A DNA stretch of 64,000 nt from the NCBI GenBank assembly GCA_963726265.1, contig CAVSBQ010000002.1, positions 1,030,533 to 1,094,532 on the forward strand, given 5' to 3'. Source of the DNA: Candidatus Aenigmatarchaeota archaeon. GTDB taxonomy: Archaea > Aenigmatarchaeota > Aenigmatarchaeia > QMZP01 > QMZT01. How positions within the stretch are numbered: the stretch's first letter is position 1; every line of letters starts with the position of its first letter. Shown in pieces: positions 17,810 to 27,713 of this stretch. The notes beneath the pieces were generated by a model. It searched no databases, was not told the DNA's origin, and was given only the letters and a program-made list of their open reading frames with translations. The position numbers and the translations under genes are program-made.

Positions 17810-19477
17810 TCACATGCGGTATTGTTTCAGTTTCTGGCCTATTACGGCTCCGCCCAGGTTTGAGTATTTGCTTGGAACGGATACGCAGGGCACTTCCACC
17901 CAGACGCCGTTCCCCTTTACATACATCGTGGTAATCTCAGGTGAGAAGAGGGCACCGGCGTATTCGTTTTTCCAATGACCTCGCTGCGCCCATTCCCGTT
18001 CAACGGTGCTGCATTCTTTGATCGCCCCTACCGTTACCGCATGAACCGGGCGGCCGTTTTTTCCGGTTCCTATAATTCTTTCGTCAAATACATGGTTATG
18101 GCCTATCAGTGTCGCATAGAAGTCATTTTCCAGAAGCATTTCTGTTATTTCCGGCTGCTCCACGCTCGACGGGTTTACGCCATTCCTCTTGTAATCGTCT
18201 CTGGTGAAAAGCGGACCCAGGCCGTTCTCGAAGGGATTTCCATACGAATTCCAGCCACCGAGGACGTTATGCTGGCCGGCCATTTTAATCGGGGCTTCGC
18301 TTTTCTCGATGTCGCCTTTAAAACGCGTTTTCTGTGGTCCTCCAAGGCGGTTGTCCTGCGGCCTTAATGTGCCTGAATTTTTTATGACATCCAGAATGTA
18401 TATCTCCATCTTTCCGTTGGCAAGTGGGACAACAAAATAATTCTCTCTCTGGGGCATGAAAGAGTCACCCATCGCCCGGCCCCAGATTTCTTCTCTTGCG
18501 CTGGTCACATAATTGTGGTAAGGATTCGATGCCATGTTCTCCCCGTCGTGGTTTCCGGAAGCATGCACAATTGGCACAAGAGGCGTAAGCACGCCCCAGT
18601 ATCTCCTGTGCCTGCCCCACAATTTTTTCGCGTTGCCAGAATAATCCTTTTCCGGAAGGACTTGGCGTTTGAATGCCCAGTCTTCAAAACCTATCTCATC
18701 GCCAAGCTGAACTATCAGATCAGGATGTTTATTCTTTACTATGTATGCCTCGGTGTTGGCAACGTTAAAGGCGTTTGTGAGAAAAGTTATACGTCTAGCC
18801 TCTTCTTTGCTAGCGTTGCTATACCATTCCGGGTTTCTTATGGCCCGCAAGAAGAAATCAACTTCATAATCGCCTTTCAGTGCGCTTTCAGGCGAGGAGA
18901 CACCTTTGCGTATGGGGTCAACCTCGTTTGGGGCATCCATGTAAACGTGCGTGTCGCTCAACCAGTGAATAATCGGGTTTGGGTTGTATGCTGAGTTTTT
19001 GAAGGCCCGCACAGGCGAGAGCGGCTTGCCGTCGCAAAAGACCTGGTAGAAGACCCTCTCCCCGAAATCATTCAGCGGCACCTTTATATTCAGGTTGCCT
19101 TCGACTCCGGCAAAGGTCCTAGCTTTGAGATTTGAGGGCGTTTTGCCCACGGCTATTCTTATGTCAGACCTTTCATTTGTCCTCACGTTGATGATGGCGG
19201 ACAAAGTGCTGTAATCTCCGGCTTGAGCCCTTTCGATGCTGATTTTTTCCGTAAAAATTTTCCGGTTGGATGGCGAGACATACTCTCCATTTATTCCCCA
19301 TCCTTCCGTCCATTCGGTGATGTGGTCCTGGAGGTTCCATTCCCGGTCTTCGCCGCTGGTGAATGGCGTCTGTCCGAACAGATGTTCTCCGTACAGGGCG
19401 CCTAAAGCCACGGCGGCGCTTCCTTTAAGGAAATCCCTTCTTTTCATCGATGGTCCCTCACCTAACATTTTTGCCAC
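17810..19477 (-). CDS. Secreted calcineurin-like metallophosphoesterase with a twin-arginine signal
   Basis: KRRDFLK leader; SDTH, LGD, GNHD and GHNH metal-binding motifs. Confidence 0.85.
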   Translation of the reverse strand: MAKMLGEGPSMKRRDFLKGSAAVALGALYGEHLFGQTPFTSGEDREWNLQDHITEWTEGWGINGEYVSPSNRKIFTEKISIERAQAGDYSTLSAIINVRTNERSDIRIAVGKTPSNLKARTFAGVEGNLNIKVPLNDFGERVFYQVFCDGKPLSPVRAFKNSAYNPNPIIHWLSDTHVYMDAPNEVDPIRKGVSSPESALKGDYEVDFFLRAIRNPEWYSNASKEEARRITFLTNAFNVANTEAYIVKNKHPDLIVQLGDEIGFEDWAFKRQVLPEKDYSGNAKKLWGRHRRYWGVLTPLVPIVHASGNHDGENMASNPYHNYVTSAREEIWGRAMGDSFMPQRENYFVVPLANGKMEIYILDVIKNSGTLRPQDNRLGGPQKTRFKGDIEKSEAPIKMAGQHNVLGGWNSYGNPFENGLGPLFTRDDYKRNGVNPSSVEQPEITEMLLENDFYATLIGHNHVFDERIIGTGKNGRPVHAVTVGAIKECSTVEREWAQRGHWKNEYAGALFSPEITTMYVKGNGVWVEVPCVSVPSKYSNLGGAVIGQKLKQYRM

Positions 19478-19631
19478 TTTATTATTACTTTGAAAACAGC
19501 CTTTTTAAAGGTAATATTGGCCATACGAGGCTGCGGAAAGGCTGAGACGCCTTGGATAAAAAGCCGCATGAAAAGCCATTTACAAGCCATTCACAAAACC
19601 ATTTATTAAGCCCCTGCCGACAATTATAATT

Positions 19632-21533
19632 ATGAAGGGCGGGGCGTTTGTTTTAACATTATTATTATCAGCCATCTCGGCTGCTTTGCTGCTGAACGCC
19701 GGCCTCGCGGCTGCGATTCCCGATGTCATGATACTGCCGGACGAGAAAATCGTGTCGCTCAACTCGTCCGTACTCATCAAGGTAGATCCTAAGACCAGCG
19801 AAGCGCCCATGCGCATCACGTGGTCCGTTTACAACACGGGCAACATAGGCATGGGCTCCTTCCCCATGGTCGATGGCAAGGGCTTGTGCTATTTTTCGAA
19901 TTCGGACGGCAACGCGACATGCGGGCCGTCTCCGTTCTTCCAGACGGGCGAGACCGAGCTTTACGTTTTCGTCGTTACTCCCTCCGGCGCATCGAACAGG
20001 ACGCTCTACCTCAACGTTTCCCAGGTTTCGGTCCCGCTTGACGGCGTCAACAGGGTCGACAACACGGTCTACATGTACTTGTTCATGGGCAAGAAGGACT
20101 GGGTCAAATACAGCATATACAAGGAGGACCTCAGCATATACCAGAGCGAGAGGCCCCTCGACTACGAAATGATCCAGGGTCGCTACGCTGGCAACATAAC
20201 GCTCAACCCCGGCGTCTATTATTTCGCCTTCATAGTCAACGACACCGGAACGTATGGAAGCGCACTCAAGAGGATAGAAATCCCGTCGGGCGATTACCTC
20301 ACGCTGAAGACGGACAAGGCCGACTACTGGAAGGGCGAGAGGGTCAGGCTCAGCGGGACGGCCAGCGGGAACCTGGTTTCCGGCGAGGTGCGCTATCCCG
20401 ACGGCACGAAGGCCCTGAGCTTCAGCGTCGACGCCGCGGCGAATCACACGTTCTCCTATGATTTTTATTCGAAAAGCGACTGGCCCGAGGGCGAATACGA
20501 CATAGTGACCACGAAGCCGCTCGAAAAGACCATAAGCTTTTCCATAACCGAGTTCCTCGAGCTCCTGCCGGAGGCGGTATCGGCGAGCGTGAACAAGTCC
20601 AAGGACTTCTCGACGTCGATACGCGTCAAGAACCTGAGGTCCAACGCGACCAACATCACTTTCACGACGTCAGGCGGCATGAAGGACCAGTATGTCACGA
20701 TTTCCGATGCGTCTCTCGGACCGCAGGAGACGACGAACATTGCAATAGAAATCCCGGACGTCGCGTCTGACCTGAATGGCCAGATAACGCTGAAGACGAG
20801 CGAGAGCCTGGAGCTGGTCATACCGGTTTCGCTGACAGTATCCGTGGCAGGCCAGACTTGCGCGGCGGCGAAGGCGCTCGAAATCGCCGACAGCTCGCTT
20901 GTTTGGTCGCAGGAATGCATCGCAGGCGCGGAGATGACGAAGACCGTGAAGCTATCCAACAACGGCGCGAGCCAGCTTTCCAGCTTCTCCTACGAGGTCG
21001 ACGATGCGTATACAGGCAGCTTCGAGGACCTGGACAGGATGGGCTATCTTGACGTTCCGCTTAGCGGCATGTCAATCGCGCCTGGCGAGTCGAAGGAAAT
21101 AGAGCTCAAGGCCTCGCCACAGAGCGGGGGCAGATACCAGGGCACCATAAAGTTCAAGAGCGGAGGCGACAGCGCGCTCATGTTCGTATCTTTCAGCTGC
21201 TTTGAAGATTTCTCCTCCGGCCTCACGGCGCTCGCTTCCAAGGCCGCGGGGCTGAAGGTTTCCGCGGACGCGCTGGAAGACATAAACTCCGAAATCTCGA
21301 GCGCGCAGAACGCGGCCGCGCTGGGCAACTACGAGCAGGCGAACGAGTATTACCTGAGCGCGAAGGCGAAGGTCGAGATGGCCGAGTCAGGCGGAGCGCA
21401 GCAACCGCTTGACCTCACCATTCCCATAATCATCATCGTCGTCGTGGTCGTCGCAGTAGTCTTCCTGTGGTTCTTCAAGTTCAGGAAGCCCGGCGTCGCC
21501 GGGGACGAGAAAGAACTCGAGAGCTTCGGGTGA
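19632..21533 (+). CDS. Cell-surface protein: signal peptide, Ig-like beta domains, helical stalk, C-terminal TM anchor
   Basis: Hydrophobic N-terminus, many N-x-S/T sequons, IPIIIIVVVVVAVVFLWFFKFRK anchor. Confidence 0.8.
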   Translation: MKGGAFVLTLLLSAISAALLLNAGLAAAIPDVMILPDEKIVSLNSSVLIKVDPKTSEAPMRITWSVYNTGNIGMGSFPMVDGKGLCYFSNSDGNATCGPSPFFQTGETELYVFVVTPSGASNRTLYLNVSQVSVPLDGVNRVDNTVYMYLFMGKKDWVKYSIYKEDLSIYQSERPLDYEMIQGRYAGNITLNPGVYYFAFIVNDTGTYGSALKRIEIPSGDYLTLKTDKADYWKGERVRLSGTASGNLVSGEVRYPDGTKALSFSVDAAANHTFSYDFYSKSDWPEGEYDIVTTKPLEKTISFSITEFLELLPEAVSASVNKSKDFSTSIRVKNLRSNATNITFTTSGGMKDQYVTISDASLGPQETTNIAIEIPDVASDLNGQITLKTSESLELVIPVSLTVSVAGQTCAAAKALEIADSSLVWSQECIAGAEMTKTVKLSNNGASQLSSFSYEVDDAYTGSFEDLDRMGYLDVPLSGMSIAPGESKEIELKASPQSGGRYQGTIKFKSGGDSALMFVSFSCFEDFSSGLTALASKAAGLKVSADALEDINSEISSAQNAAALGNYEQANEYYLSAKAKVEMAESGGAQQPLDLTIPIIIIVVVVVAVVFLWFFKFRKPGVAGDEKELESFG

Positions 21534-21589
21534 CTTCTTATTTTTTCAAGATTGAATTACTTTTGAATTAGCTGCCAAAGGCTATTTAC

Positions 21590-23131
21590 TTACTTCCCGA
21601 AGAAGCGCCTCAGCGCAGGATGCATGTCCTCCATGTGCTGCATGGCTATCTGCTCGTAGAGCTGGTGGACGATCATGACGGCCAGGAGGATGCCCGTTCC
21701 GGTTCCGAGCGCGTCGGTGAAATCCGCGAAAGCCGCCAGGAAGCCGACCGACGCTCCGCCGAGGACTGCGAGCGCGGGTATGTAACGGTCCAGGACTTTT
21801 TCTATGATCCTGATGTCGCGCCTGAAACCAGGGATTTGCATGCCCGTGGATTCTATCTGGGCCGCGACCGTCTTGGAGTCCATGCCCGCGGTGCTGACCC
21901 AGAAAATCGAGAACATCACCGAGCCGCCTATCATGAAGGCCGCGTAGGTGAAAAGCCTCGCGACTTCGATGGGCGTGATGGTGGCAAGCGAGGTGAGGCC
22001 CGTTGCGGAGATGCCTAAATACCATACGAGCCCGCCTGCGACTCCCGCCGCCAGCACGTATTTCAGCCCGCCCTGCTTCTTGGTGAAGTAGACGAACAGC
22101 GCGCCGAGCAGGGCGAAGAGCCCGATGGAAATCATCATACCGGATATCGCGGTCGTCCTGGGGTGGCTGAGGAATAATATCAGGCCGCCCGTCGGGTTGC
22201 CGCTCCCGTCGAAAGTGCCGAGCCACGCGTTCCCTCCGCTTTGCGAAATCATCTTGGCGAACACCTGCACGTTGGCGAGCAGCGCCGCGATGAGGATGAC
22301 GGGGATGTTGGACGAATAAAGGAACTTCAGCGGCCAGCGCCTGCCGAAGCCGCGCACGGTCGAGAAGGCGAGCGGTATTTCGACGCGAATCGCCTGGACA
22401 TAAACAACCAGCAGGAAAACTATTACCGTGGCTATTACGGGCAGCATGACCAGGAACGCCGCGAGCGGCTCGCCCGAGCCGAGCAGGATGCCGGCGTTCG
22501 GTATCGCCCCGGCCGGCGGGTTCTGTATGCCCGTCGAAATCATGCCGTCCGATGTGAGCGGGTTGAAGGCTCTCAGGATCATGGTCTTCGCTACGCCTGC
22601 GACTATGAAAAGGCTTATGCCCGAGCCGAAGCCCCATTTCGAAACAACCTCGTCCATGAACAGGACTATCCATCCGCCAAGCGCCAGCTGGAAGACGACG
22701 AAGGGCAGCATGCCCACATCGGCTGCGATTGCGCCGAAAGCGACGTAAACATAACCTTCCAGCAGACAAAGCAGTATCGAAAGCAGCTTCTGCGTCCCCT
22801 GGAACAGCGTGCGGCCCTTGTCCTCGGACAGGTTCCATGGTATTATCTTCGAGCCGACGAGCAGCTGGAGGATAATCGAGGCCGTGACTATGGGCCCGAT
22901 GCCTAAAGTGACGAGGGAGCCGAAGGTCGATCCCAGCAGGATTTCGAGGTATTTGAAATACTCGTAATTCGTCTGCGAGATGCCGTAGACGGTTACCTGC
23001 GTCATCACGTAATAGATGAGCAGCACGATGCCCGTCCACTTGAGCTTCTCCTTGAAGGTCTGCCTCTTTATCGGTTCGATAACGCCAGGCAGCCTCTTCA
23101 GCACTGCGATATACGCATCCTCAAGAGCCAT
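21590..23131 (-). CDS. secY: Preprotein translocase subunit SecY (archaeal)
   Basis: TLGIGPIVTASIILQLL, DEVVSKWGFGSGISLFI and PLKFLYSSNIPVIL motifs. Confidence 0.97.
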   Translation of the reverse strand: MALEDAYIAVLKRLPGVIEPIKRQTFKEKLKWTGIVLLIYYVMTQVTVYGISQTNYEYFKYLEILLGSTFGSLVTLGIGPIVTASIILQLLVGSKIIPWNLSEDKGRTLFQGTQKLLSILLCLLEGYVYVAFGAIAADVGMLPFVVFQLALGGWIVLFMDEVVSKWGFGSGISLFIVAGVAKTMILRAFNPLTSDGMISTGIQNPPAGAIPNAGILLGSGEPLAAFLVMLPVIATVIVFLLVVYVQAIRVEIPLAFSTVRGFGRRWPLKFLYSSNIPVILIAALLANVQVFAKMISQSGGNAWLGTFDGSGNPTGGLILFLSHPRTTAISGMMISIGLFALLGALFVYFTKKQGGLKYVLAAGVAGGLVWYLGISATGLTSLATITPIEVARLFTYAAFMIGGSVMFSIFWVSTAGMDSKTVAAQIESTGMQIPGFRRDIRIIEKVLDRYIPALAVLGGASVGFLAAFADFTDALGTGTGILLAVMIVHQLYEQIAMQHMEDMHPALRRFFGK

Positions 23132-23219
23132 GCAAAAACCTTTGTTGATTTTGTTAAATTGTTAAATATATTTATAAGGTTTGCTAAAATAGATTTTGTC
23201 GTTATTTATTGCGTGAGCT

Positions 23220-23624
23220 TCACTCAGAAACAGCTTTCCCGCCCGCTTCCTCTATCTTTTCCTTCGCGTGGCGCGAGAATGCCGTGGCCTTCACGGTCAG
23301 CTTCTTCGTGACCTTGCCCGTGCCGAGGACCTTGTCAAATCCCATTTCCGCCAGGTCGATTTCTGTCTTGTCACCGGCCAGCGCCTGCAGGTCGTCGAGG
23401 TTTATCGCGTTAACGACCTTCGTGCACTTCTGGCTCTTCGGGACGAAGCCGCGCTTGCCGAGGTGGGTGGGGTCGTATCTTATGAACCATGATTTCCTGT
23501 GCTTCTTCGAGCCCGCGTTGCCGTGGCCTCCGCGGTATCCTCTACCACGGCGTTTTCGCATGCCGCCGTGGCCGCAGGTCCTCGTCCCGCGCTTGCTGAC
23601 AATCTTTTTTCTCCGGTGCGCCAT
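23220..23624 (-). CDS. rpl15: 50S ribosomal protein uL15
   Basis: RGTRTCGHG, RGRGYRGGHGNAG and KEKIEEAGG motifs. Confidence 0.96.
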   Translation of the reverse strand: MAHRRKKIVSKRGTRTCGHGGMRKRRGRGYRGGHGNAGSKKHRKSWFIRYDPTHLGKRGFVPKSQKCTKVVNAINLDDLQALAGDKTEIDLAEMGFDKVLGTGKVTKKLTVKATAFSRHAKEKIEEAGGKAVSE

Positions 23625-23642
23625 AAGCATCACTTGCGTCTG

Positions 23643-24068
23643 CTAAATCATCCTCTCGAGCAGCTCGTTTATCTTCTCGCCCCTGAAGCCGAGCGCGCCC
23701 TTTGGATAGGGATTCTTAACGCCCTCATAGCCTTTCCTGGGCGGGCTGAGCCTGAAAACGGGCTTGAAACCATCAACCTTCGCTCCTTTCTTCTTCAGCG
23801 CGTCGAGGACGTCCTTCACTTCCTTCTCGCTGGGCTTCCTGTCCCCCGCCATCCTGCCGCGCTCAGACACGAGCCTGGCCAGCGTGGCTTCGCTTATGTC
23901 GCCCCACGTGACGAAGTCCTTGACTTTCTTTATCATGCCTTCGGTCCTCGGGTCCTTCCTGATGAGGACGCAATGGTTGACCCTGGTAAGGTTCATCATG
24001 CGCAGCGTGTCCTTTATCTTCCCCCGTGTCTTCACGCTGCCCCTGACCCTTACCACGGCGAACATCAT
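23643..24068 (-). CDS. rpl30: 50S ribosomal protein uL30 (archaeal long form)
   Basis: AVVRVRG, TLRMMNLTRVNHC, VTWG, FRLSPPRKG and GEKINELLERM motifs. Confidence 0.96.
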   Translation of the reverse strand: MMFAVVRVRGSVKTRGKIKDTLRMMNLTRVNHCVLIRKDPRTEGMIKKVKDFVTWGDISEATLARLVSERGRMAGDRKPSEKEVKDVLDALKKKGAKVDGFKPVFRLSPPRKGYEGVKNPYPKGALGFRGEKINELLERMI

Positions 24069-24916
24069 ATGTCACCCTTCGTCCTGCTCAGGTTGCCCAG
24101 GGCGTCAAAAACGGCGAGCGCGAGGTTGATCCTCGTGGAAGTCATGCCGAAAGTGTTGGACCAGACGTCCTTTATGCCGGCGAGCTTGAGAATCTTCTTC
24201 GTCTCCTCGTCCGCTACCACTCCGACGCCGACGGGAGTCGGGGTGAGCACGACCTTGACCGAGCCTGCCTTGCCCTTGGTCTTTATCGGGATGGAATGCG
24301 TTCCTCCGCAGTTGCATTCCCATGAGCCGCATCCCCTCCTCACGTTGATAACATTAAGCTTTGCCTGCTGTATCGCCTTCTCTATCGCGGTCCTGTGCTC
24401 GTTCGACGTCGCCTTGCCCATGCCGACTATGCCGTCCTCGTTGCCCACGACGACGAGCGATGTAAGCTTGAATCTCCTGCCCGATTTGTGCATCCTGGCG
24501 GTCATGCGAGTCGGCGTTCTGCGTATTCCGCCTCCTTTGCCTGGCGTGCCGCCGATGTAGACCAGCTCCTCCTTCAGGTCCGGCACGAGGTAATCTATTA
24601 TCTCGGGCTCGAGGATTATCTTCCCCCTCGAAAGCAGCTCCTTGATGTCCTTGAACTTCCCCTCGACCACCTGCTTGCCCAGCTCGGTCCTGGGTATCCA
24701 TGACGAAAGCCTCTCCTCGACGACCCTGGCGACTTCCTTTATCTCCTTCTCCGGAGGGGCGACTACTGCCTCTATTATCTCTGCTATGGGCTCCTCCTCT
24801 CCTGCCTTCTTGGCAACGGGCTTTTCCTTCGGCTTCTCCACCGTCTCTTCCATTTCCTTTTCCTTCTCTATTTCCTCGCCCGTTTCCTCGTGCTTGAGCC
24901 TTTTCTTCTTTGTCAT
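24065..24916 (-). CDS. rps5: 30S ribosomal protein uS5 with a charged N-terminal extension
   Basis: WIPRTELG, GTPGKGGG, RMHKSGRR and GCGSWEC motifs; start reassigned to MTKKKRLK. Confidence 0.96.
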   Translation of the reverse strand: MTKKKRLKHEETGEEIEKEKEMEETVEKPKEKPVAKKAGEEEPIAEIIEAVVAPPEKEIKEVARVVEERLSSWIPRTELGKQVVEGKFKDIKELLSRGKIILEPEIIDYLVPDLKEELVYIGGTPGKGGGIRRTPTRMTARMHKSGRRFKLTSLVVVGNEDGIVGMGKATSNEHRTAIEKAIQQAKLNVINVRRGCGSWECNCGGTHSIPIKTKGKAGSVKVVLTPTPVGVGVVADEETKKILKLAGIKDVWSNTFGMTSTRINLALAVFDALGNLSRTKGDI

Positions 24917-25010
24917 GCATACCACTTCATTACACAAATCCGGTTGTTTCGGGATTGTGATGATTGCGATTAGATTGTGATTATATAGATACCAATATAT
25001 TAAAGGATGC

Positions 25011-25667
25011 TTATTTATATCTTCTCCTTTTTTTAATCCTTTCGAGCCTCGCCAGGATGTCTTTCGCCTTGTCAAAGCGGCTGGCATACGCGGCAGTGAC
25101 GTCATTCCAGCATGCGTCTAGGACATCGAAATGCGCTGCTTTGAGCGCCTCGAAAAGCAGGAAAAGGTCGACCGCCTGATCTTCGACGGATGAAGAGAAC
25201 TTACCGAGGCCGAAATCTATAAGATAGAGCCGTTCGCCAGCATCTGAAAGAATCATGTTCGAGGTCGTCAGGTCGCCGTGGATCACTCCCGCTTGGTGCA
25301 GCGCGGCAATCAGCCCGCCCATTTCCATGCAAACCTTTTTGCGCTCCTTCCCGCCCATCGCATTCAGCGCATCCTTCAGCTTCCTTCCTCGTATGTATTC
25401 CATGACGAGCCTGAAATCGTCCTCGGTGCGCAGCTTCGGGACAGCGACTCCGCTCGCCCTCGCCCGCTCCATGAGCTTTGCCTCTGCGCGCGTGCGCTGC
25501 TTCCTTATCCTCATGTCCAGCTGCGGGATGCGATAGCCTTTCGATACGCGTTCTTTAACCAGTTCCTGGCCGCGCTCCGAGTCGCGCAGGTACAAAATCG
25601 CTTCTGCGCCTCGCTGGATGATTTTTCCCTTTGGTCCATTCAGTTCATTCACATCTTCATGCCGCAT
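25011..25667 (-). CDS. bud32: KEOPS complex kinase Bud32
   Basis: RGAEA, KERVSKGYR, RTRAEA, IHGDLTTSNMI, IDFGL and AVDL motifs. Confidence 0.95.
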   Translation of the reverse strand: MRHEDVNELNGPKGKIIQRGAEAILYLRDSERGQELVKERVSKGYRIPQLDMRIRKQRTRAEAKLMERARASGVAVPKLRTEDDFRLVMEYIRGRKLKDALNAMGGKERKKVCMEMGGLIAALHQAGVIHGDLTTSNMILSDAGERLYLIDFGLGKFSSSVEDQAVDLFLLFEALKAAHFDVLDACWNDVTAAYASRFDKAKDILARLERIKKRRRYK

Positions 25668-25703
25668 GAGAATAAGATTATGTTGAGGGTTTATAATTTT
25701 TGT

Positions 25704-26063
25704 CTAAAGGCTAGAGGGATATTTCCCTTCTATTGATTTGAGATTTTCCCGGACGTTCTCTCCAATCTCTCTTGATAATTCATCGTGATTGAGGTTTTCG
25801 AACTCGGTAGGTATGGCGATTACGGGCGACTCGTATTGCAAGCCATTGCTTCCGTTGTCCGTTTTTTTAAGCACGTATTGCAGGGTTCTCTGCCCGTCCG
25901 GCCCTTCTGATACGACAACGCAAATCTTGTTGAAAATTTTATCTGCCGGCAAAGTAGCCAGAAGAGGACAAATTCCATCTGATAGAAGCGAGATAAGAAA
26001 ATCACTCTTAGGTCTAAACTTGTAGTTTTTTTCGCCAAATCCTAATTCCGACATCCATGGCAT
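25704..26063 (-). CDS. Hypothetical protein (AT-rich orphan)
   Basis: 119-aa ORF. Confidence 0.55.
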   Translation of the reverse strand: MPWMSELGFGEKNYKFRPKSDFLISLLSDGICPLLATLPADKIFNKICVVVSEGPDGQRTLQYVLKKTDNGSNGLQYESPVIAIPTEFENLNHDELSREIGENVRENLKSIEGKYPSSL

Positions 26064-26164
26064 AATATCATCTTTTTACTATAGGATAGCAAGAAAAATA
26101 ACGGTGTTATGCTTTAAAAGCCTTTCTTGGCGGTTCACTTGCCGCAAAACATCAGCTTTTGGCA

Positions 26165-26470
26165 TCAGGACTTGCCTGCATGCGGGACAAATTCAGTAAA
26201 GCCGCTCGCTTTCAGCGCCTCTGTTAATCTGTCATACAGGTGCGCCGGGATTTGCATAAAGCCGTAGGAGCCGCTGCCAAGGTCCTTTCCTGTTTCGGCA
26301 TTTATTGTTCTGGGCCACACCTCAAATTTCTCCCCTCTGGGATACCTGTCCACCAGTATCGCATTGTAACCCTTCATCCATGGCGCACTGAAATCCAGAG
26401 TCAGGTCGTCTGTCACATTCACCTGAAGCAAATCCGCCGGCCTGATGTATATTTTGAAACTGTTTGTCAT
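26165..26470 (-). CDS. Hypothetical protein (orphan)
   Basis: ORF from MTNSFKIY; start uncertain. Confidence 0.5.
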   Translation of the reverse strand: MTNSFKIYIRPADLLQVNVTDDLTLDFSAPWMKGYNAILVDRYPRGEKFEVWPRTINAETGKDLGSGSYGFMQIPAHLYDRLTEALKASGFTEFVPHAGKS

Positions 26471-26511
26471 GTGAAGGCTATGTCGCATAAAAATAAATTC
26501 CCGTACTTTCC

Positions 26512-27435
26512 CTATTCCCCCCACAGCTCGCAGGTCTTGCATATCTTCTGCGAGCTGGGCTCGCCGCACCTCTCGCAGCGGACGAGCTCGACGTTCGCCT
26601 GTTTAACAAGCTCCCTGACCTGGGGCAGCAGGCGGTGGAAGGTGTTCAGAATCGAGAATTTCGTGCCCGGGCTTTCGCTTTCCAGCTCGTTGATGAAGTC
26701 GCGCACCTTGAACCGCGGGCCCTCGATGAACGGGCATTCGTTCTCCTGGATTTCCAGCCCGTTGAGCAGCGCGTAAAGGCCGATTTCGCGCTCAGGGATT
26801 TCCCTGAACGGCTTTATGCGCGGGACGAACAGGCGGCTCTTCAGAATCGGCTCGCCGCCCATGCGGGCGAGGCGCACCAGGTCGCCGCGTATGTAGTCCA
26901 TGAGAATGCCCTGCACCTCGTCGTCGAGGTTCATGCCGAAGCAGATTTTCGTTGCGCCAAGATCCCTGGCCTTCATGTTCAGCAGCCAGCGACGTGCGAG
27001 GCCGCAGCAGGTGCAGGCCGTGCCTTCCCATCTGTCGGATTTTTTTGTCTCTTTCACCTTCTCGCTGAGCGGCTTGCCTAACTCGTCTTCGAAGGAAAAA
27101 ACGTGATGCTTTACGCGAAGCTTCCTGCACAGGCGCTTCGCTATCTTAAGGCTCTCGTCGCGGTAGCCGGGTATGCCTTCGTCTATGGTTATCGCGAAGA
27201 ACTTGAGGTCGCGCCTACGGCGGAAAAGTCTGTGCATCATGAAAAGCGCGGCAGACGAATCCTTGCCGCCGGACAGCGCGAAGGCGATGGTGTCGCCGCG
27301 CTCGACCATCCTGCCTTTGCGTATCGTCCGCATGGCCTTGTTTTCCACACTCTCCATGAAATGCCTTTTGCAGAAATACGTGCCCTCGTATTTCCTGCGA
27401 TACACTGCCTTGTTCCCGCATTTGGAGCATTTCAT
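26512..27435 (-). CDS. ttuA: tRNA 2-thiolation protein, TtuA/Ncs6 family
   Basis: N-terminal CxxC...CxxH zinc finger, SGGKDS PP-loop, CTCCG, ECPF, C-terminal CxxC...CxxC. Confidence 0.93.
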   Translation of the reverse strand: MKCSKCGNKAVYRRKYEGTYFCKRHFMESVENKAMRTIRKGRMVERGDTIAFALSGGKDSSAALFMMHRLFRRRRDLKFFAITIDEGIPGYRDESLKIAKRLCRKLRVKHHVFSFEDELGKPLSEKVKETKKSDRWEGTACTCCGLARRWLLNMKARDLGATKICFGMNLDDEVQGILMDYIRGDLVRLARMGGEPILKSRLFVPRIKPFREIPEREIGLYALLNGLEIQENECPFIEGPRFKVRDFINELESESPGTKFSILNTFHRLLPQVRELVKQANVELVRCERCGEPSSQKICKTCELWGE

Positions 27436-27636
27436 TCAGCCACCAGAAACAACTTTTATGAGCTCCAGCCTGTCGTTGTCGCCGAGCCTTTCGTCGTCCG
27501 TTATTATTTCCTTTCCCCTTTTCACGAGCACGGTCTCGGGATTTATCCCGAGTTTTTGCACGGCGTCTATCGCCCTCGCTTCCGCGGGCAGGCTGAGCCT
27601 GTGCTTACTGCCCTGGAGTTCAGCGGTGATTTTCAT
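27436..27636 (-). CDS. Ubiquitin-like sulfur carrier (ThiS/MoaD/TtuB/SAMP)
   Basis: 66 aa ending VVSGG, abutting ttuA. Confidence 0.92.
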   Translation of the reverse strand: MKITAELQGSKHRLSLPAEARAIDAVQKLGINPETVLVKRGKEIITDDERLGDNDRLELIKVVSGG

Positions 27637-27713
27637 AACTAATATAAAAGAGATTTATAATAAATACTGTAAACAGGACGAAGGTTTGCCACTACGAAGC
27701 CTTCGCTTGAAAT

